This document shows, in pieces, positions 19,829 to 30,472 of a stretch of DNA of 64,000 nt. A model generated the notes under the pieces. That model saw nothing but the letters and a program-made list of their open reading frames with translations. It ran no database searches and had not been told where the DNA came from. This stretch comes from Spirochaetia bacterium (GTDB taxonomy: Bacteria; Spirochaetota; Spirochaetia; SZUA-6; Bin103). How positions within the stretch are numbered: the first letter of the stretch is position 1; the number at the start of each line of letters is the position of its first letter. The stretch is taken from contig CBDBOV010000006.1 in NCBI GenBank assembly GCA_965208575.1, forward strand, positions 32,001 through 96,000. The letters are read 5' to 3'. A program made the position numbers and the translations under genes.

Positions 19829-20944
19829 ATGCCACTACGAGCGGGAATCGTCGGCTGCGGCGGCATCAGCCGCAGTCATGCCACGGCCTACAGCCATCTG
19901 AGCGCTACCGATTTGGTGGCGGCGTGCGACGTCGACGCGGACCGGTTGCGGGAGCGGGCCGACCAGTTCGGCGTGCCGGCGCGCTATCGGGACTACCGGG
20001 AGATGCTCGCCCGCGAGTCGCTCGACGTGGTCAGCGTGTGCACGCACGCGCCGCTGCACGCGGACGTGGCGTGCGCGGCAGCGGCGGCCGGCACCCACGT
20101 GCTGTGCGAGAAGCCGCTCGCCCTCGACCTGGACAGCGCCGACCGCATGATGCGCGCGTGCGCCGCCGCCGGCGTGCAACTCGCGGTGAGCCACCAGTTC
20201 CGCTTCGTGCCGGCGCTGCGCATGGCCAGGGAGTGGGTGCAGGCGGGACGCATCGGCAACCTGATCAGCGTGCGCGAAGTCGGCAAGGGCCGCCCCGCCG
20301 GCTTCGAGCTGATGGAGATGGGCGTGCACTTCTTCGACGAACTCGCCTTTTTCATGGGCGGCGTCGAGTGGATTCACGGCCGCGTCACCTACCGCGGGCG
20401 CGAGGCGGAGGTGGGCGACATCATGCACAGCAGCAAGCTGTGCACCACCGACGCGCGCGACAACGGCATGGTGGCCGGCGACGTGATGCTGGTCCACGCC
20501 GGCGGACCGGGCGGCGTCTCCGGCGTCATCGAACTCTACCCGCGCCCGGAGCGCCAGAACTGGGTCGCCGGTCCGCACCTGGTCGGCGACGCCGGCCAAC
20601 TGATGGTCAAGTCCAACCCCGACAACGGGCTGTTCGAGCTGTGGCACTGTCCTACCGACATCTCGTTCGCATCCCATACCCCGCCCTGGCGGCAGGTGGA
20701 CATCCCCGACTCCGCGCTCACCATCGAAGGCAGGACCTGGCCCGGCCATCCCTCCATCTGGAGCGTACGCGACATGGTGCAGGCGATCACGGAGGGCCGC
20801 CCACCGGAACTGGGAGGTTCCGCAGCCGCCCAATCGCTGGAGTGCGTCAGCGCGGTCTACGAGTCGCACTTCACCGGCGCCCGCGCCACCCTGCCCCTCG
20901 CCGACCGCCGCCATCCCCTTATCCGGCGCATGCCCGCCGGCTGA
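19829..20944 (+). CDS. Gfo/Idh/MocA family oxidoreductase
   Basis: GIVGCGGI, HVLCEKPLA, EMGVHFFD; GGAGGAG RBS. Confidence 0.9.
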   Translation: MPLRAGIVGCGGISRSHATAYSHLSATDLVAACDVDADRLRERADQFGVPARYRDYREMLARESLDVVSVCTHAPLHADVACAAAAAGTHVLCEKPLALDLDSADRMMRACAAAGVQLAVSHQFRFVPALRMAREWVQAGRIGNLISVREVGKGRPAGFELMEMGVHFFDELAFFMGGVEWIHGRVTYRGREAEVGDIMHSSKLCTTDARDNGMVAGDVMLVHAGGPGGVSGVIELYPRPERQNWVAGPHLVGDAGQLMVKSNPDNGLFELWHCPTDISFASHTPPWRQVDIPDSALTIEGRTWPGHPSIWSVRDMVQAITEGRPPELGGSAAAQSLECVSAVYESHFTGARATLPLADRRHPLIRRMPAG

Positions 20945-21043
20945 TCCGTTGCACCAGCCGTCAGTCCCGCGGATGACCGCGAAACCGCACAGCAGGTACA
21001 CTACAAGCGACGCGAGTCTTCTCGCGAAGGAGCCCGACACCCC

Positions 21044-22753
21044 ATGATCCGACTACGAATACCGATTCTCACGGCGCTGGCGGTCGTTACGCTGGCGGTG
21101 GCGGCCGCGGCCGAGCGCGGCAGCGACGGCGAGCTCAGGATGCTGTACTGGCAGGCGCCGTCGATCCTCAACCCCTACCTGTCGGGCGGCACCAAGGACA
21201 TCCACGCCGCGTCCCTGGTCATTGAACCGCTTGCGCGCTACGACGAGAACGGCGACATGGTGGCCTGGCTGGCGGCCGAGATCCCGACCCTGGACAACGG
21301 CGGCGTGGCGAGCGACCTGAAGTCGATCACCTGGAAGCTGCGCGACGACGTGGTGTGGTCGGACGGCACGCCGTTCACGGCCGAGGACGTGGCGTTCACG
21401 GCCGCCTACTGCCTGGACCCGAGCGGCGGCTGCGCGTCGCTGGCTTCGTTCCAGGGCGTCGGCTCGGTGGAGGCGGTCGACGACCACACGGTGCGGATCG
21501 ACTTCGACGTGCCGATGCCGTTCCCGTACGCGCCGTTCGTCGGCTCGATTCGGCCGATCCTGCAGAAACGTCAGTTCGAGAACTGCATGGGCGCGCGGGC
21601 GCCGGAGTGCACGGCCGAGAACTTCGCCCCCGTCGGCACCGGGCCGTACCGGGTGGACGAGTTCCGGCCCAACGACGTGGTGCGCTACGTGGTGAACGAG
21701 CACTTCCGCGACCCCGACCGGCCCGCCTTCTCGTCGGTGCTGCTGAAGGGCGGCGGCGACGCGGTCTCGGCCGCGCGCGCGGTGCTGGTGACCGGCGAGT
21801 TCGACTACGGCTGGAACCTGCAGGTGGAGCCGGAGATCCTGCAGGACATGGAGCGGGCGGGCATGGGCGAGGTGGTCACCGCGTTCGGCACGCTGGTCGA
21901 GCGCCTGGTGATCAACAAGACCAATCCCGACCCGAAGCTAGGCGATATGCGGTCCACCCACCAGGACAGCGCCAATCCGCACCCGTTCCTGTCCGATCCG
22001 GCGGTGACGCGCGCACTGTCGCTGGCGATCGACCGTGACATCCTGGTGGAAGCCGGCTATGGACCCGCCGGCCAGGTTACCTGCAACGTCCTGCCCGCCC
22101 CGGCGGTGTACGCCTCCACCGCCAACGACTGGTGCACGACGCAGGACATCGAGTACGCCAACCGGATCCTGGACGACGCCGGATGGGAGCGAGCCCGCGG
22201 CGGCATCCGCGAGAAGGACGGGGTGCGCCTGTCGATCCTCTACCAGACCTCCACCAACTCGGTGCGCCAGGGCACGCAGGCGCTGATCAAGCAGATGTGG
22301 CGGGAGATCGGCGTGGACACCGAGCTGCGCAACATCAACGCCTCGGTGTTCTTCGGCAGCGACCCGGCCAGCCCGGACACCTACCAGAAGTTCTACGCCG
22401 ACATCCAGATGTACACCAACAACTTCGACGGCACCGACCCGCAGGCCTACATGGCCGGCTGGGTGTGCGACAAGATCCCCGGCCCCGAGAACCAGTGGAA
22501 CGGCAGCAACATCTCGCGCTACTGCAACCCGGCGTACGACGCGCTGGCCGCCGAGCTCGCCGAGACCGGCGGCATCGGGCAGCGTGCCGCGATCGCCAAG
22601 CGCATGAACGACCTGCTGGTCGCGGACGGCGCCATGATCCCGTTGATCCATCGCGGTGAGGTCGCCGCCCGCTCGCTGTCCCTCGGCGGCATGCGGCACA
22701 ACGCCTGGGACGCGACGCTGTGGAACGTGCACGAGTGGCACCGCATCAAGTGA
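21044..22753 (+). CDS. Peptide ABC transporter substrate-binding protein
   Basis: Signal peptide, WQAPSILNPYLSGGTKD, WSDGTPFTAED, GTGPY. Confidence 0.92.
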   Translation: MIRLRIPILTALAVVTLAVAAAAERGSDGELRMLYWQAPSILNPYLSGGTKDIHAASLVIEPLARYDENGDMVAWLAAEIPTLDNGGVASDLKSITWKLRDDVVWSDGTPFTAEDVAFTAAYCLDPSGGCASLASFQGVGSVEAVDDHTVRIDFDVPMPFPYAPFVGSIRPILQKRQFENCMGARAPECTAENFAPVGTGPYRVDEFRPNDVVRYVVNEHFRDPDRPAFSSVLLKGGGDAVSAARAVLVTGEFDYGWNLQVEPEILQDMERAGMGEVVTAFGTLVERLVINKTNPDPKLGDMRSTHQDSANPHPFLSDPAVTRALSLAIDRDILVEAGYGPAGQVTCNVLPAPAVYASTANDWCTTQDIEYANRILDDAGWERARGGIREKDGVRLSILYQTSTNSVRQGTQALIKQMWREIGVDTELRNINASVFFGSDPASPDTYQKFYADIQMYTNNFDGTDPQAYMAGWVCDKIPGPENQWNGSNISRYCNPAYDALAAELAETGGIGQRAAIAKRMNDLLVADGAMIPLIHRGEVAARSLSLGGMRHNAWDATLWNVHEWHRIK

Positions 22754-22779
22754 GGTAGACCGGACCCGCGGGCACCGCC

Positions 22780-23793
22780 ATGGTGCGCTACGCGATCCGG
22801 CGCCTGCTGTTCGCCATCCCCACCCTGCTGGCGATCAGTTTTGTCGTGTTCGCGCTGCTGGACCTGGCCCCCGGTGATCCCACCGCCCAGCTCCCGCTGA
22901 CCATCCCGCCGGAGACGCGCGAGCTGATCCGGCAGAGCCTCGGGCTCGGGCAGCCGTTCCCGGTGCGCTACGTGCGCTGGCTGGAGCAGTTCCTGGCCAA
23001 CGAGCCCTTGAACCTGGTCGAGGTGCTGTTCGGCATCGAGATCGGCGATTCGGAGGGCCGCCTGCGGGTCAGTTCCTGGGCCACCCGCTCGCCGGTGGTG
23101 GACCTGATCGCCCAGCGGCTGCCGCAGACCATGACCGTGGTGGGGGTGTCCTACCTGGTGGCGATTCTGATCGCGGTGCCGGTGGGCGTGTTCTCGGCTT
23201 ACCGCCAGTACTCGGTGTTCGACCAGGTCGGCACCTTCATCACCATGGTGGGGTTCTCGGTGCCCACCTTCTTCACCGGCACCGTGCTGATCGTGATCTT
23301 CAGCGGCGCCCTCGGCTGGCTGCCGTCGATCTACGACACCACCCACCGGGTCACCGACCTGGCCAGCCTCGGATACCAGCTCCGGCAGATGGCGATGCCG
23401 GTGATGGTGCTGGCGCTGTTCAGCGCCGCCCAGATCAGCCGCTTCACCCGCTCCGCGGTGCTCGACACCCTGCACCAGGAGTACGTGCGCACCGCGCGCG
23501 CCAAGGGGCTGTCGGAGCCGCTGGTGCTCCTGGTGCACGTGCTGCGCAACAGCATGATCCCGGTGGTTACCGTCATCGCACTCGGCATCCCCACCACCTT
23601 CGCCGGCGCGATCATTACCGAGCAGATCTTCCGCATCAATGGCGTCGGCGCGCTGCTGATCGGGGCGATCGAGGGCGCCGACATCCCCACCGTGCAGACC
23701 GTGACCTTCATCTTCGCGGGCCTGATCGTGTTCTTCAACCTGGTCGCCGACCTGCTGTACGGCATCCTCGACCCCCGCATCCGCTATGACTGA
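22780..23793 (+). CDS. ABC permease, DppB/OppB-like
   Basis: YAIRRLL, EYVRTARAKGL, LDPRIRY. Confidence 0.93.
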   Translation: MVRYAIRRLLFAIPTLLAISFVVFALLDLAPGDPTAQLPLTIPPETRELIRQSLGLGQPFPVRYVRWLEQFLANEPLNLVEVLFGIEIGDSEGRLRVSSWATRSPVVDLIAQRLPQTMTVVGVSYLVAILIAVPVGVFSAYRQYSVFDQVGTFITMVGFSVPTFFTGTVLIVIFSGALGWLPSIYDTTHRVTDLASLGYQLRQMAMPVMVLALFSAAQISRFTRSAVLDTLHQEYVRTARAKGLSEPLVLLVHVLRNSMIPVVTVIALGIPTTFAGAIITEQIFRINGVGALLIGAIEGADIPTVQTVTFIFAGLIVFFNLVADLLYGILDPRIRYD

Positions 23794-23852
23794 CAGCCCG
23801 CGGCGAAACTCCGGCTCCATTCGAGCGGCGGTGCATTCCGTCCTGACGTGCT

Positions 23853-23936
23853 CGGTGGTCGCGCCTCTCCAGCCGGACGCCTCGCCGCTCTCGGTGCGAC
23901 GCGGGGTTCCCCAACGCGCTGCAAGCGCGACCACCG
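23853..23936. repeat. REP-like palindromic element between the two permease genes
   Basis: Perfect 12-bp IR CGGTGGTCGCGC (23853) / GCGCGACCACCG (23925) with an inner hairpin. Confidence 0.6.
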
Positions 23937-23990
23937 GCGGTCGTTCGCCGACCCGCGTGCATCGGCTGCCACCGCCTTGGGCGGCGCGGA

Positions 23991-24998
23991 GTGGCCGTGG
24001 CTGCTGATCCGGTCGCCGCACCCGCCGCACCCGCGGGGTCCGCCCGCGCCGGCGGACACGGAGTGCCGGGCACCCACGCGGACCGCGCCAAGCACGCCGT
24101 CTGGCACCGGCTGCGGCGCCATCCGGGCGCCATCGCCGGCGCCGCCGTGTTCGCCGCGGTCGCGCTGGCGGTGCTGTTCGGCTCGTTCGTGCACGGCGTC
24201 GATCCGCACTACCTCGACTACCGGGCCAAGAACCAGGGCATGTCGCTCGCCCACCCGCTCGGCACCGACAACCTGGGCCGCGACACCTTCGCCCGCCTGC
24301 TCGCCGGCGGCCGCCTGTCGCTGGCCGTGGGCGTGGCAGCGATGGCCCTGTCGCTCACCGTGGGCACGGTGATCGGCGTGCTGTCCGGCTTCTTCCGCCG
24401 CCTCGACGGACCGCTGATGCGGTTCACCGACCTGTTCCTGGCCCTGCCCGTGCTGCCCCTGCTGATGGTCACCACCATGCTGTTCCGCGAACCGTTGCGC
24501 GCCGCGCTCGGCCTGGAGGCGGGCATCTTCATCCTGGTGGTGGGCGTGATCGGCATCACGAGCTGGATGCAGACCGCCCGCATCGTGCGCGGCCAGGTGC
24601 TCGCCATCCGCGCCCGCGAGTACGTCACCGCCGCCCGCAGCATCGGCGCCCGCCCGTGGCGCATCATCGGCCGCCACGTGTTCCCCAACGCCCTGAGCCC
24701 CATCGTGGTCGCCGCCACCCTGGACATCGCCACCGCGATCATCACCGAGAGCGCGCTCAGCTTCCTGGGCCTCGGCTTCCCCTCCGACTTCCCCACCTGG
24801 GGCCGCCTGCTCTACGACGGCGTGCCGTTTCTGACCCTCACCCCGGACCGCGTCATCTGGCCCGGCCTCGCCATCTCCCTCACCGTGCTCAGCGTCAACT
24901 TCCTCGGCGACGGCCTCCGCGACGCCCTCGACCCCCACGCCATACATGTGAATCGTCGGATCCGACGGAGCGTTGCCACGCCTCCCTCCACCTCATAG
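23991..24998 (+). CDS. ABC permease, DppC/OppC-like
   Basis: HPLGTDNLGRD, AARSIGA, ESALSFLG, GLRDALDP; last ~20 codons look foreign. Confidence 0.92.
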   Translation: MAVAADPVAAPAAPAGSARAGGHGVPGTHADRAKHAVWHRLRRHPGAIAGAAVFAAVALAVLFGSFVHGVDPHYLDYRAKNQGMSLAHPLGTDNLGRDTFARLLAGGRLSLAVGVAAMALSLTVGTVIGVLSGFFRRLDGPLMRFTDLFLALPVLPLLMVTTMLFREPLRAALGLEAGIFILVVGVIGITSWMQTARIVRGQVLAIRAREYVTAARSIGARPWRIIGRHVFPNALSPIVVAATLDIATAIITESALSFLGLGFPSDFPTWGRLLYDGVPFLTLTPDRVIWPGLAISLTVLSVNFLGDGLRDALDPHAIHVNRRIRRSVATPPSTS

Positions 24999-25000
24999 TT

Positions 25001-25783
25001 TTACCGACCAAACGACACGGACGTTGCGTCCTCGCCACCCAATAGCTTGAATTCGTCTGCCTCCATTGGCTCGTATCCGCGCGGCTAATGCCCACTCAAC
25101 TCAATCAGGACGCGCTGCGTTGATGGTGCCGGAACGGGATTCACCTTCACCACTCGAGCCGAGTAGTCGCCCGGCGCATGAGCCATCGCTGTAACCAGGT
25201 CGCGGACCAAATACCGGGGAGCCCAGCCGATCATGTGATACTGAGTTGTCTGAATCTGAACCGCAAGCTGAGTCTGTGGATTGGTAAGCTCGATGGTCAC
25301 ATATAGTGTCTCGCCTGATCGCAAGCGCTCGATCTCTTTCTGAGCGTCACCATTTGTGTGACGCCAACCGTGCAGGAAAAACCGGCAACGAAATGAACCG
25401 TCAGCCTGCGTATTGATCTTCGGGAATACTTGAAAATTGTCGGTGGCACGGTAGCCACCATCGACGGCCAAAATCTCCAGTGGGTCGGGAGACTCGCCGT
25501 CAATATCAAGGAAAGAAAGGTACTCGTAGAAGCTCCTGCGCTGATAGTTCATCACGCGATTCTTGAACAGTGGGAAGAGCCAAGAGGACGTATAGCGGTG
25601 ATGAAACTGTGGGAAGTCGTATAGCGGTGCGAGTCCACTCCGTTCCGCGGCCTCCGCTGCTCCTTGCGTGTAACCAAAGGAATACTTAGGAGGGGAATCA
25701 TCTACATCTAGCCTCCCAACAGGGTACCAGCGGTGCTCGTGAGGGTCTTTCCAACCCAAAAACAACGTTTTTTGATCGTTCAT
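25001..25783 (-). pseudogene. HipS-like/HIRAN-domain protein with premature TAG at 25085-25087
   Basis: WYPVGRL, FPLFKNRVM, FFLHGWRH, IGWAPRYL; frame continues past the TAG as PRGYEPMEADEFKLL to TAA at 25001. Confidence 0.75.
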
Positions 25784-25941
25784 ACCAATAATTGTAACTC
25801 GTCGAGATTGTAGTTGACAAGGCGGACGACGAACTCTCGCGCCAAGCCAGTCATCCAGGAACTCGGAATCTTGGAAACTATCTCCTGAACTCCTTCCATG
25901 TTCAGGTTCTCCACCTTCGTCAGTGCATTCCTAAAGAACAT
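25780..25941 (-). pseudogene. C-terminal remnant of a HipA-like kinase
   Basis: MFFRNALTKVENLNMEGVQEIVSKIPSSWMTGLAREFVVRLVNYNLDELQLLV*, stop overlapping the HIRAN start (ATGA); no upstream coding continuation. Confidence 0.55.
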
Positions 25942-26090
25942 CCCAATAGTCGGGATGTTCCACCCCTCATCGAATCAGCCCTACTAGCTGCCGTGCATCT
26001 GTCGCTGACGGTAAGAACGGTGACGGCGTACTCCCCGACTTCTTCCGACGCCTAGTCGGCATGCGAATTGTGCGTCGCCGACCTGTTAAT

Positions 26091-28075
26091 CCGAAGTTCC
26101 AGAGGGGGATGAGCGCACTTAATTCTTTGCTACGGAGATAATTATGGTCATTTCGGGAGGGTCAAAATGTGCAAAGTGTAGCCACTAAATAATGTGATAA
26201 TGGTTGACAATCATCCCTCATTGAGTTATTCTATCCGCAATGCCAACCAGAAACGGCCCTGTCCACGTAGCCACCACCTCCCGCCGCTACAAAGACAAAA
26301 CCTACCGCACCCATCTGCTCCGCAGAACCTTCCGCCAGGACGGCAAGGTCTGCCACGAAACCCTCGGCAACATCTCCCACCTCCCAGACCACGTCATCGA
26401 TCTCGTCCGCAGAGCCCTCAAAGGCGAGTCCCTCGTCAATCCCGAGGCCGCCTTCCGTTGCCTGCGCAGCCTCCCCCATGGTCACGTCGCCGCCGTCCTC
26501 GGTTCCCTCAAGGATCTCGCCCTGCACACTCTCATCGCTCGTCCCGCCTCCCGCCAGCGCGACCTGGTCGTCGCCATGATCGTCGCTCGCGTCGTCGACG
26601 CTCGCTCCAAACTCGCCACCGCCCGCGGCCTCAACCCCGAAAGCGCCGTCTCCTCCCTCGGCCACCTGCTGCAGTTGGGAGCCGTCGACGAGAATGAGTT
26701 GTACGCCGCCATGGACTGGCTGCTCGCTCGCCAGCACGGCATCGAAAAGCGCTTGGCCAAGCGCCATCTGCATGACAACACGCTCATGTTGTACGACCTC
26801 ACTTCCAGCTACTTCCATGGCCACACCTGCCCGTTGGTGCGCCGTGGTCACAGCCGCGACGGCAAACGCGGCACCTTGCAGATCGTGTTCGGCCTGCTGT
26901 GTACCGCCGACGGCTGTCCCATCGCCGTCGAGGTATTCGAGGGCTCCACCAGTGACCCCAAGACGGTCGCCGCTCAGGTCGACAAGATTCGCAACCGTTT
27001 CGGCTTGCAGCGCGTCGTGCTGGTCGGCGACCGCGGCATGCTCACCGGCGCGCGCATCCGCGAGGACCTGCAGGGGATCGACGGCCTGCGCTGGATCACG
27101 ACCCTGCGGGCGCCCACCATCCGCAAGCTGATCAAGGCCGGTGAATTGGCGCAGACCATGTTCGACGAGCGTGATCTGGCGGAGATCAGCTCACCCGACT
27201 TCCCCGGCGAGCGGCTGATCGTGTGCCGCAACCCGATACTGGCCGAGCAACGACAGCGCAAAAGGCAGAAGTTGCTGGCCGCCACGGAGAAGGAGTTGCT
27301 GCCGATCGTGACGGCCACGCAGCGCACCAAAGAGCCGCTGCGCGGCGCCGCCGCGATCGGCCTGCGCGTGGGCAAGGTGATCAACCACTACAAGGTGGGC
27401 AAGCACTTCACCACCTCCATCACCGACGACTCGTTCTCATTCGCGCGTGACCTGGACAAGATCGCGGCCGAGGAAGAACTGGACGGGCTCTACATCGTGC
27501 GCTCCAACGTGGAGCCGGAACTGTTCGACGCCGAGCAGACGGTGACGGCGTACAAGGACCTGGCCAAGGTGGAGCGTGCCTTCCGCAGCATGAAGACGGT
27601 GGATCTGAAGGTGCGACCGATCTACCACCGCAGCGCAGACCGGGTGCGGTCGCACGTGTTCCTGTGCATGCTGGCCTACTACGTGGAGTGGCACATGCGC
27701 AGCAAGCTGGCGCCGGTGCTGTTCGACGACCACGATCCCGCCGCTGGCGAGCAGTTGCGCGAGTCGGTGGTGCAACCGGCGGAACGCTCACCGGCCGCAC
27801 ACCGGAAGGCGGCCAGCAAGCGCACCGACGACGGTCTGCCGGTGCACAGCTTTCGCAGCCTGATGAGCGAGTTGGGGACGCTGACGGTCAACGAAATGCA
27901 ACTTGCCGAGGGCGGGGGCACCTTCTCGTTGCCGACGCAGCCGACGCCGGTTCAGAAGCGCTGCTTCGAGTTACTGGAGGTATCGCCTCGGATGTAGCCA
28001 CGGAAGGCACATCTACTTTTTTCGCAACTGATGACTATAAAACGACTTAAGAAGAATCCTACCCTGGAACTTCGG
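26091..28075 (+). mobile_element. IS1634-family insertion sequence, complete
   Basis: Terminal IR CCGAAGTTCCAG / CTGGAACTTCGG; 6-bp target duplication GTTAAT at 26085-26090 and 28076-28081. Confidence 0.92.
26240..27997 (+). CDS. IS1634-family transposase
   Basis: LYDLTSSYF, GHSRDGK, VGDRGM, YKDLAKVERAFR, LKVRPIYH. Confidence 0.93.
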   Translation: MPTRNGPVHVATTSRRYKDKTYRTHLLRRTFRQDGKVCHETLGNISHLPDHVIDLVRRALKGESLVNPEAAFRCLRSLPHGHVAAVLGSLKDLALHTLIARPASRQRDLVVAMIVARVVDARSKLATARGLNPESAVSSLGHLLQLGAVDENELYAAMDWLLARQHGIEKRLAKRHLHDNTLMLYDLTSSYFHGHTCPLVRRGHSRDGKRGTLQIVFGLLCTADGCPIAVEVFEGSTSDPKTVAAQVDKIRNRFGLQRVVLVGDRGMLTGARIREDLQGIDGLRWITTLRAPTIRKLIKAGELAQTMFDERDLAEISSPDFPGERLIVCRNPILAEQRQRKRQKLLAATEKELLPIVTATQRTKEPLRGAAAIGLRVGKVINHYKVGKHFTTSITDDSFSFARDLDKIAAEEELDGLYIVRSNVEPELFDAEQTVTAYKDLAKVERAFRSMKTVDLKVRPIYHRSADRVRSHVFLCMLAYYVEWHMRSKLAPVLFDDHDPAAGEQLRESVVQPAERSPAAHRKAASKRTDDGLPVHSFRSLMSELGTLTVNEMQLAEGGGTFSLPTQPTPVQKRCFELLEVSPRM

Positions 28076-28510
28076 GTTAATGAGCGTTCCGGGCCGACGC
28101 GCTTCACCCTATGCTGTTCCAAGAACCGCGGCGCGCTGCGCCACGCGAGGCGGGTTTCTTTGCTCTCGTCGCAGGTGTGAACGGAATCGCGAGGCGAATA
28201 CAGACCACGCGAATCGTTCGTCGCCAGCGGCTCGCCAGCACACGCGTCGACGTTTCCGGATCTGAATAGTCCCGTGCCAAGAACCCCAGTCACACCCACA
28301 GTCTGCACGAAATCCTCAGTTCCGCCTAGTCTGGCAGCTAAGCTACTTCGGCTCGGCTTCCCGTCCGAAATGCGTTCCAGGGGCAGTGTCCTCTATGACG
28401 GCATTGCACCCCACTGGCACGGTACCTAGTCCCCACGCGGCCGCTCTGTTATCTCGAACGGCTCGGGTTCCGGTCCGAGCCCACCTACGAACGTACTTGA
28501 GTGACCGAAT

Positions 28511-30472
28511 CTATCTTACATCCTTAGGTTTTCGACTATACCTCGATAGATATTTTTCAACATACTTCGCACGCAACTGGCAAAAGCTCTTCCGGAATGT
28601 GAAACCCTTCCCGAAACTTAGAAATCCAATCAACAAAGCCACCGCTGCCGAAATAATCCAGGCCATTGGCTCGACCATAATCCCCGCGGCACCTGAAACA
28701 ACCAATAGAACGGCCATCCCGACTGCGATTATCGAATTCAGCACCGTAGCCCACCGAGACCCATAGTCGTAAGCGGCTTCCGTGATCGCGTTCGCGGCAG
28801 CGTCACGCTCCTGTTCAGCCTTCTTACGCCTTGCGTCGATTTCATCGCTTCTCAACTCGACTTCCCTCAATCTCCTCCTCATCTCGCCGCGGATGCCGTC
28901 CTTCAATCCCTCCAGCACCTCAAATGCGGTATCGCTGGTGACGGCTTCTGGATCGCTGAGAGTCTTCTCCGACAAGAGATCCTTCGTCACAGAAGACATC
29001 GTCAGTAGGATATAGTCATCTCCACCGATTCGTCCCTCGTCTCGAAGTCGACGCGCGACGCGCACGATCTTACTCTCTAGGGCTGCATCAGGAGCCATCG
29101 CTGCATAGCACTCTGCAACAAGCCTACTGCGATAAGAAGCCCTCGCCTTTTGTGGTGAGTCAACCCACAATAGTGTGCCAAGAAAGACGTCAGTAACGCA
29201 TACGGGAACGAAACGCGACCCCGCTCGGCTGCCAAGGAGGTCCCGACTGGCGCGTGAGAGCGTCCAGTTATTGCTCAAGAAGACATGCTCCGCATCTTTC
29301 ATCAACACCGGTTGGACTCCGCCACGCAGCCGAGCAACAGCAGCAAGTGAAGCAACGTCCCTAAGCACCCGGTCGCGATGCATGTCTCTATCGAATCCCA
29401 AATCCGATTCGTGATAGAGATTCTCGATGACCCGCTCAATCCGGCCCTCATCAATCTGATGCTCTCGACTCTCGACATAAGGGTGATCTCGGTACACCTC
29501 AATTCCATGTGCACTAAGCGTGTCATCTAGTCGCAAAATAAACATCTCTATCCGAGAATCGCTAAATCCCTGTTGCCTAAAATAGAGCGAGGTACGGCTC
29601 GCCAGTTGGGGGTCGAAGTCCACTCTTCCAACCCAGGACCGCGCCCACTCAAGAATCTGAAGTGATTCTTGTCTTGTGTGCTCGAAGATCCACAGCTTCG
29701 CTCCTCTTTCACGCATTTCGGAAATTAGCTGTACGAATGTAGCAGCCTGCTCTTTTCCCGATGTTCCTATCAGCCGTAAGATGATGGGCGTGTCGATATA
29801 GACATTCACGTTCCGAACTGTGTCGCTTCTATAGTCGTATCCATCGTGGAGAATAGCGGACGTTATCATATTCCCCAATGCCATATCGCACAGAGTTCGA
29901 AAGTCTGCCGGATTCGCCTCATAAGCACTCATCACAAATCGGCTGAACATATAGACGACCGGCCTGTTCCTACGTCCTTTTGGTCGCTCTGGTAGTGCTG
30001 ATCGCGGTCCATCGTGTGAAATCAAGATCTCGATGTCAAATCGATGAAGGAAGTCCAACATTGCCATCTCCGCAATATCAGCGTCGATCGTTTCTTGGTA
30101 CGTTGTCTGAGCGTATTCTATGAAACCTTGCATAAGCGCTCGTTCCTTCCTAATGTAGGAATCTCGCTTCTGGGAAATGGAAAGGCCACTGGCTTTCTCA
30201 GCACTAACAGTGAAGCCGTGATCGGAACGGGTAAGAAGTCCCCGTCGGACGCACCGATTCAGGATGTACAACATCGGGAAATAAGGCAATGTGAGTCCGA
30301 ATTCCTCTTCAAACTGCCCGCATATCCATTGTATATCATCCCGCTCGAATCGACATATATTCCGCGCTCCTAGCAACGTCGCTAAGAACGGTACAAACGT
30401 GTCGATATAATCCTGTTTACGTTGGTCCCATAACGCAGTAGCGACCGCGAGCGACACAAGTGATCTATGCAC
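28511..30472 (-). CDS. Uncharacterised 653-aa protein: PIN-like core, coiled coil, two C-terminal TM helices
   Basis: VYIDTPIILRLIG...IFEHTRQE...RDVASL...VFLSNN acidic pattern; hydrophobic C-terminal hairpin; AT-richer codon use. Confidence 0.7.
   Translation of the reverse strand: MHRSLVSLAVATALWDQRKQDYIDTFVPFLATLLGARNICRFERDDIQWICGQFEEEFGLTLPYFPMLYILNRCVRRGLLTRSDHGFTVSAEKASGLSISQKRDSYIRKERALMQGFIEYAQTTYQETIDADIAEMAMLDFLHRFDIEILISHDGPRSALPERPKGRRNRPVVYMFSRFVMSAYEANPADFRTLCDMALGNMITSAILHDGYDYRSDTVRNVNVYIDTPIILRLIGTSGKEQAATFVQLISEMRERGAKLWIFEHTRQESLQILEWARSWVGRVDFDPQLASRTSLYFRQQGFSDSRIEMFILRLDDTLSAHGIEVYRDHPYVESREHQIDEGRIERVIENLYHESDLGFDRDMHRDRVLRDVASLAAVARLRGGVQPVLMKDAEHVFLSNNWTLSRASRDLLGSRAGSRFVPVCVTDVFLGTLLWVDSPQKARASYRSRLVAECYAAMAPDAALESKIVRVARRLRDEGRIGGDDYILLTMSSVTKDLLSEKTLSDPEAVTSDTAFEVLEGLKDGIRGEMRRRLREVELRSDEIDARRKKAEQERDAAANAITEAAYDYGSRWATVLNSIIAVGMAVLLVVSGAAGIMVEPMAWIISAAVALLIGFLSFGKGFTFRKSFCQLRAKYVEKYLSRYSRKPKDVR

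Noticed and set aside
25942-26000. Possible second group II intron 3' end on the minus strand (TTCGATGAGGGG...CCCGACTAT)
   Set aside because: No domain V stem with catalytic triad upstream; resemblance too short
28082-28500. Non-coding stretch right of IS1634 as a structured RNA
   Set aside because: Only one short hairpin (GCTCGG...CCGAGC near 28460-28480); nothing else supportable without folding or covariation analysis
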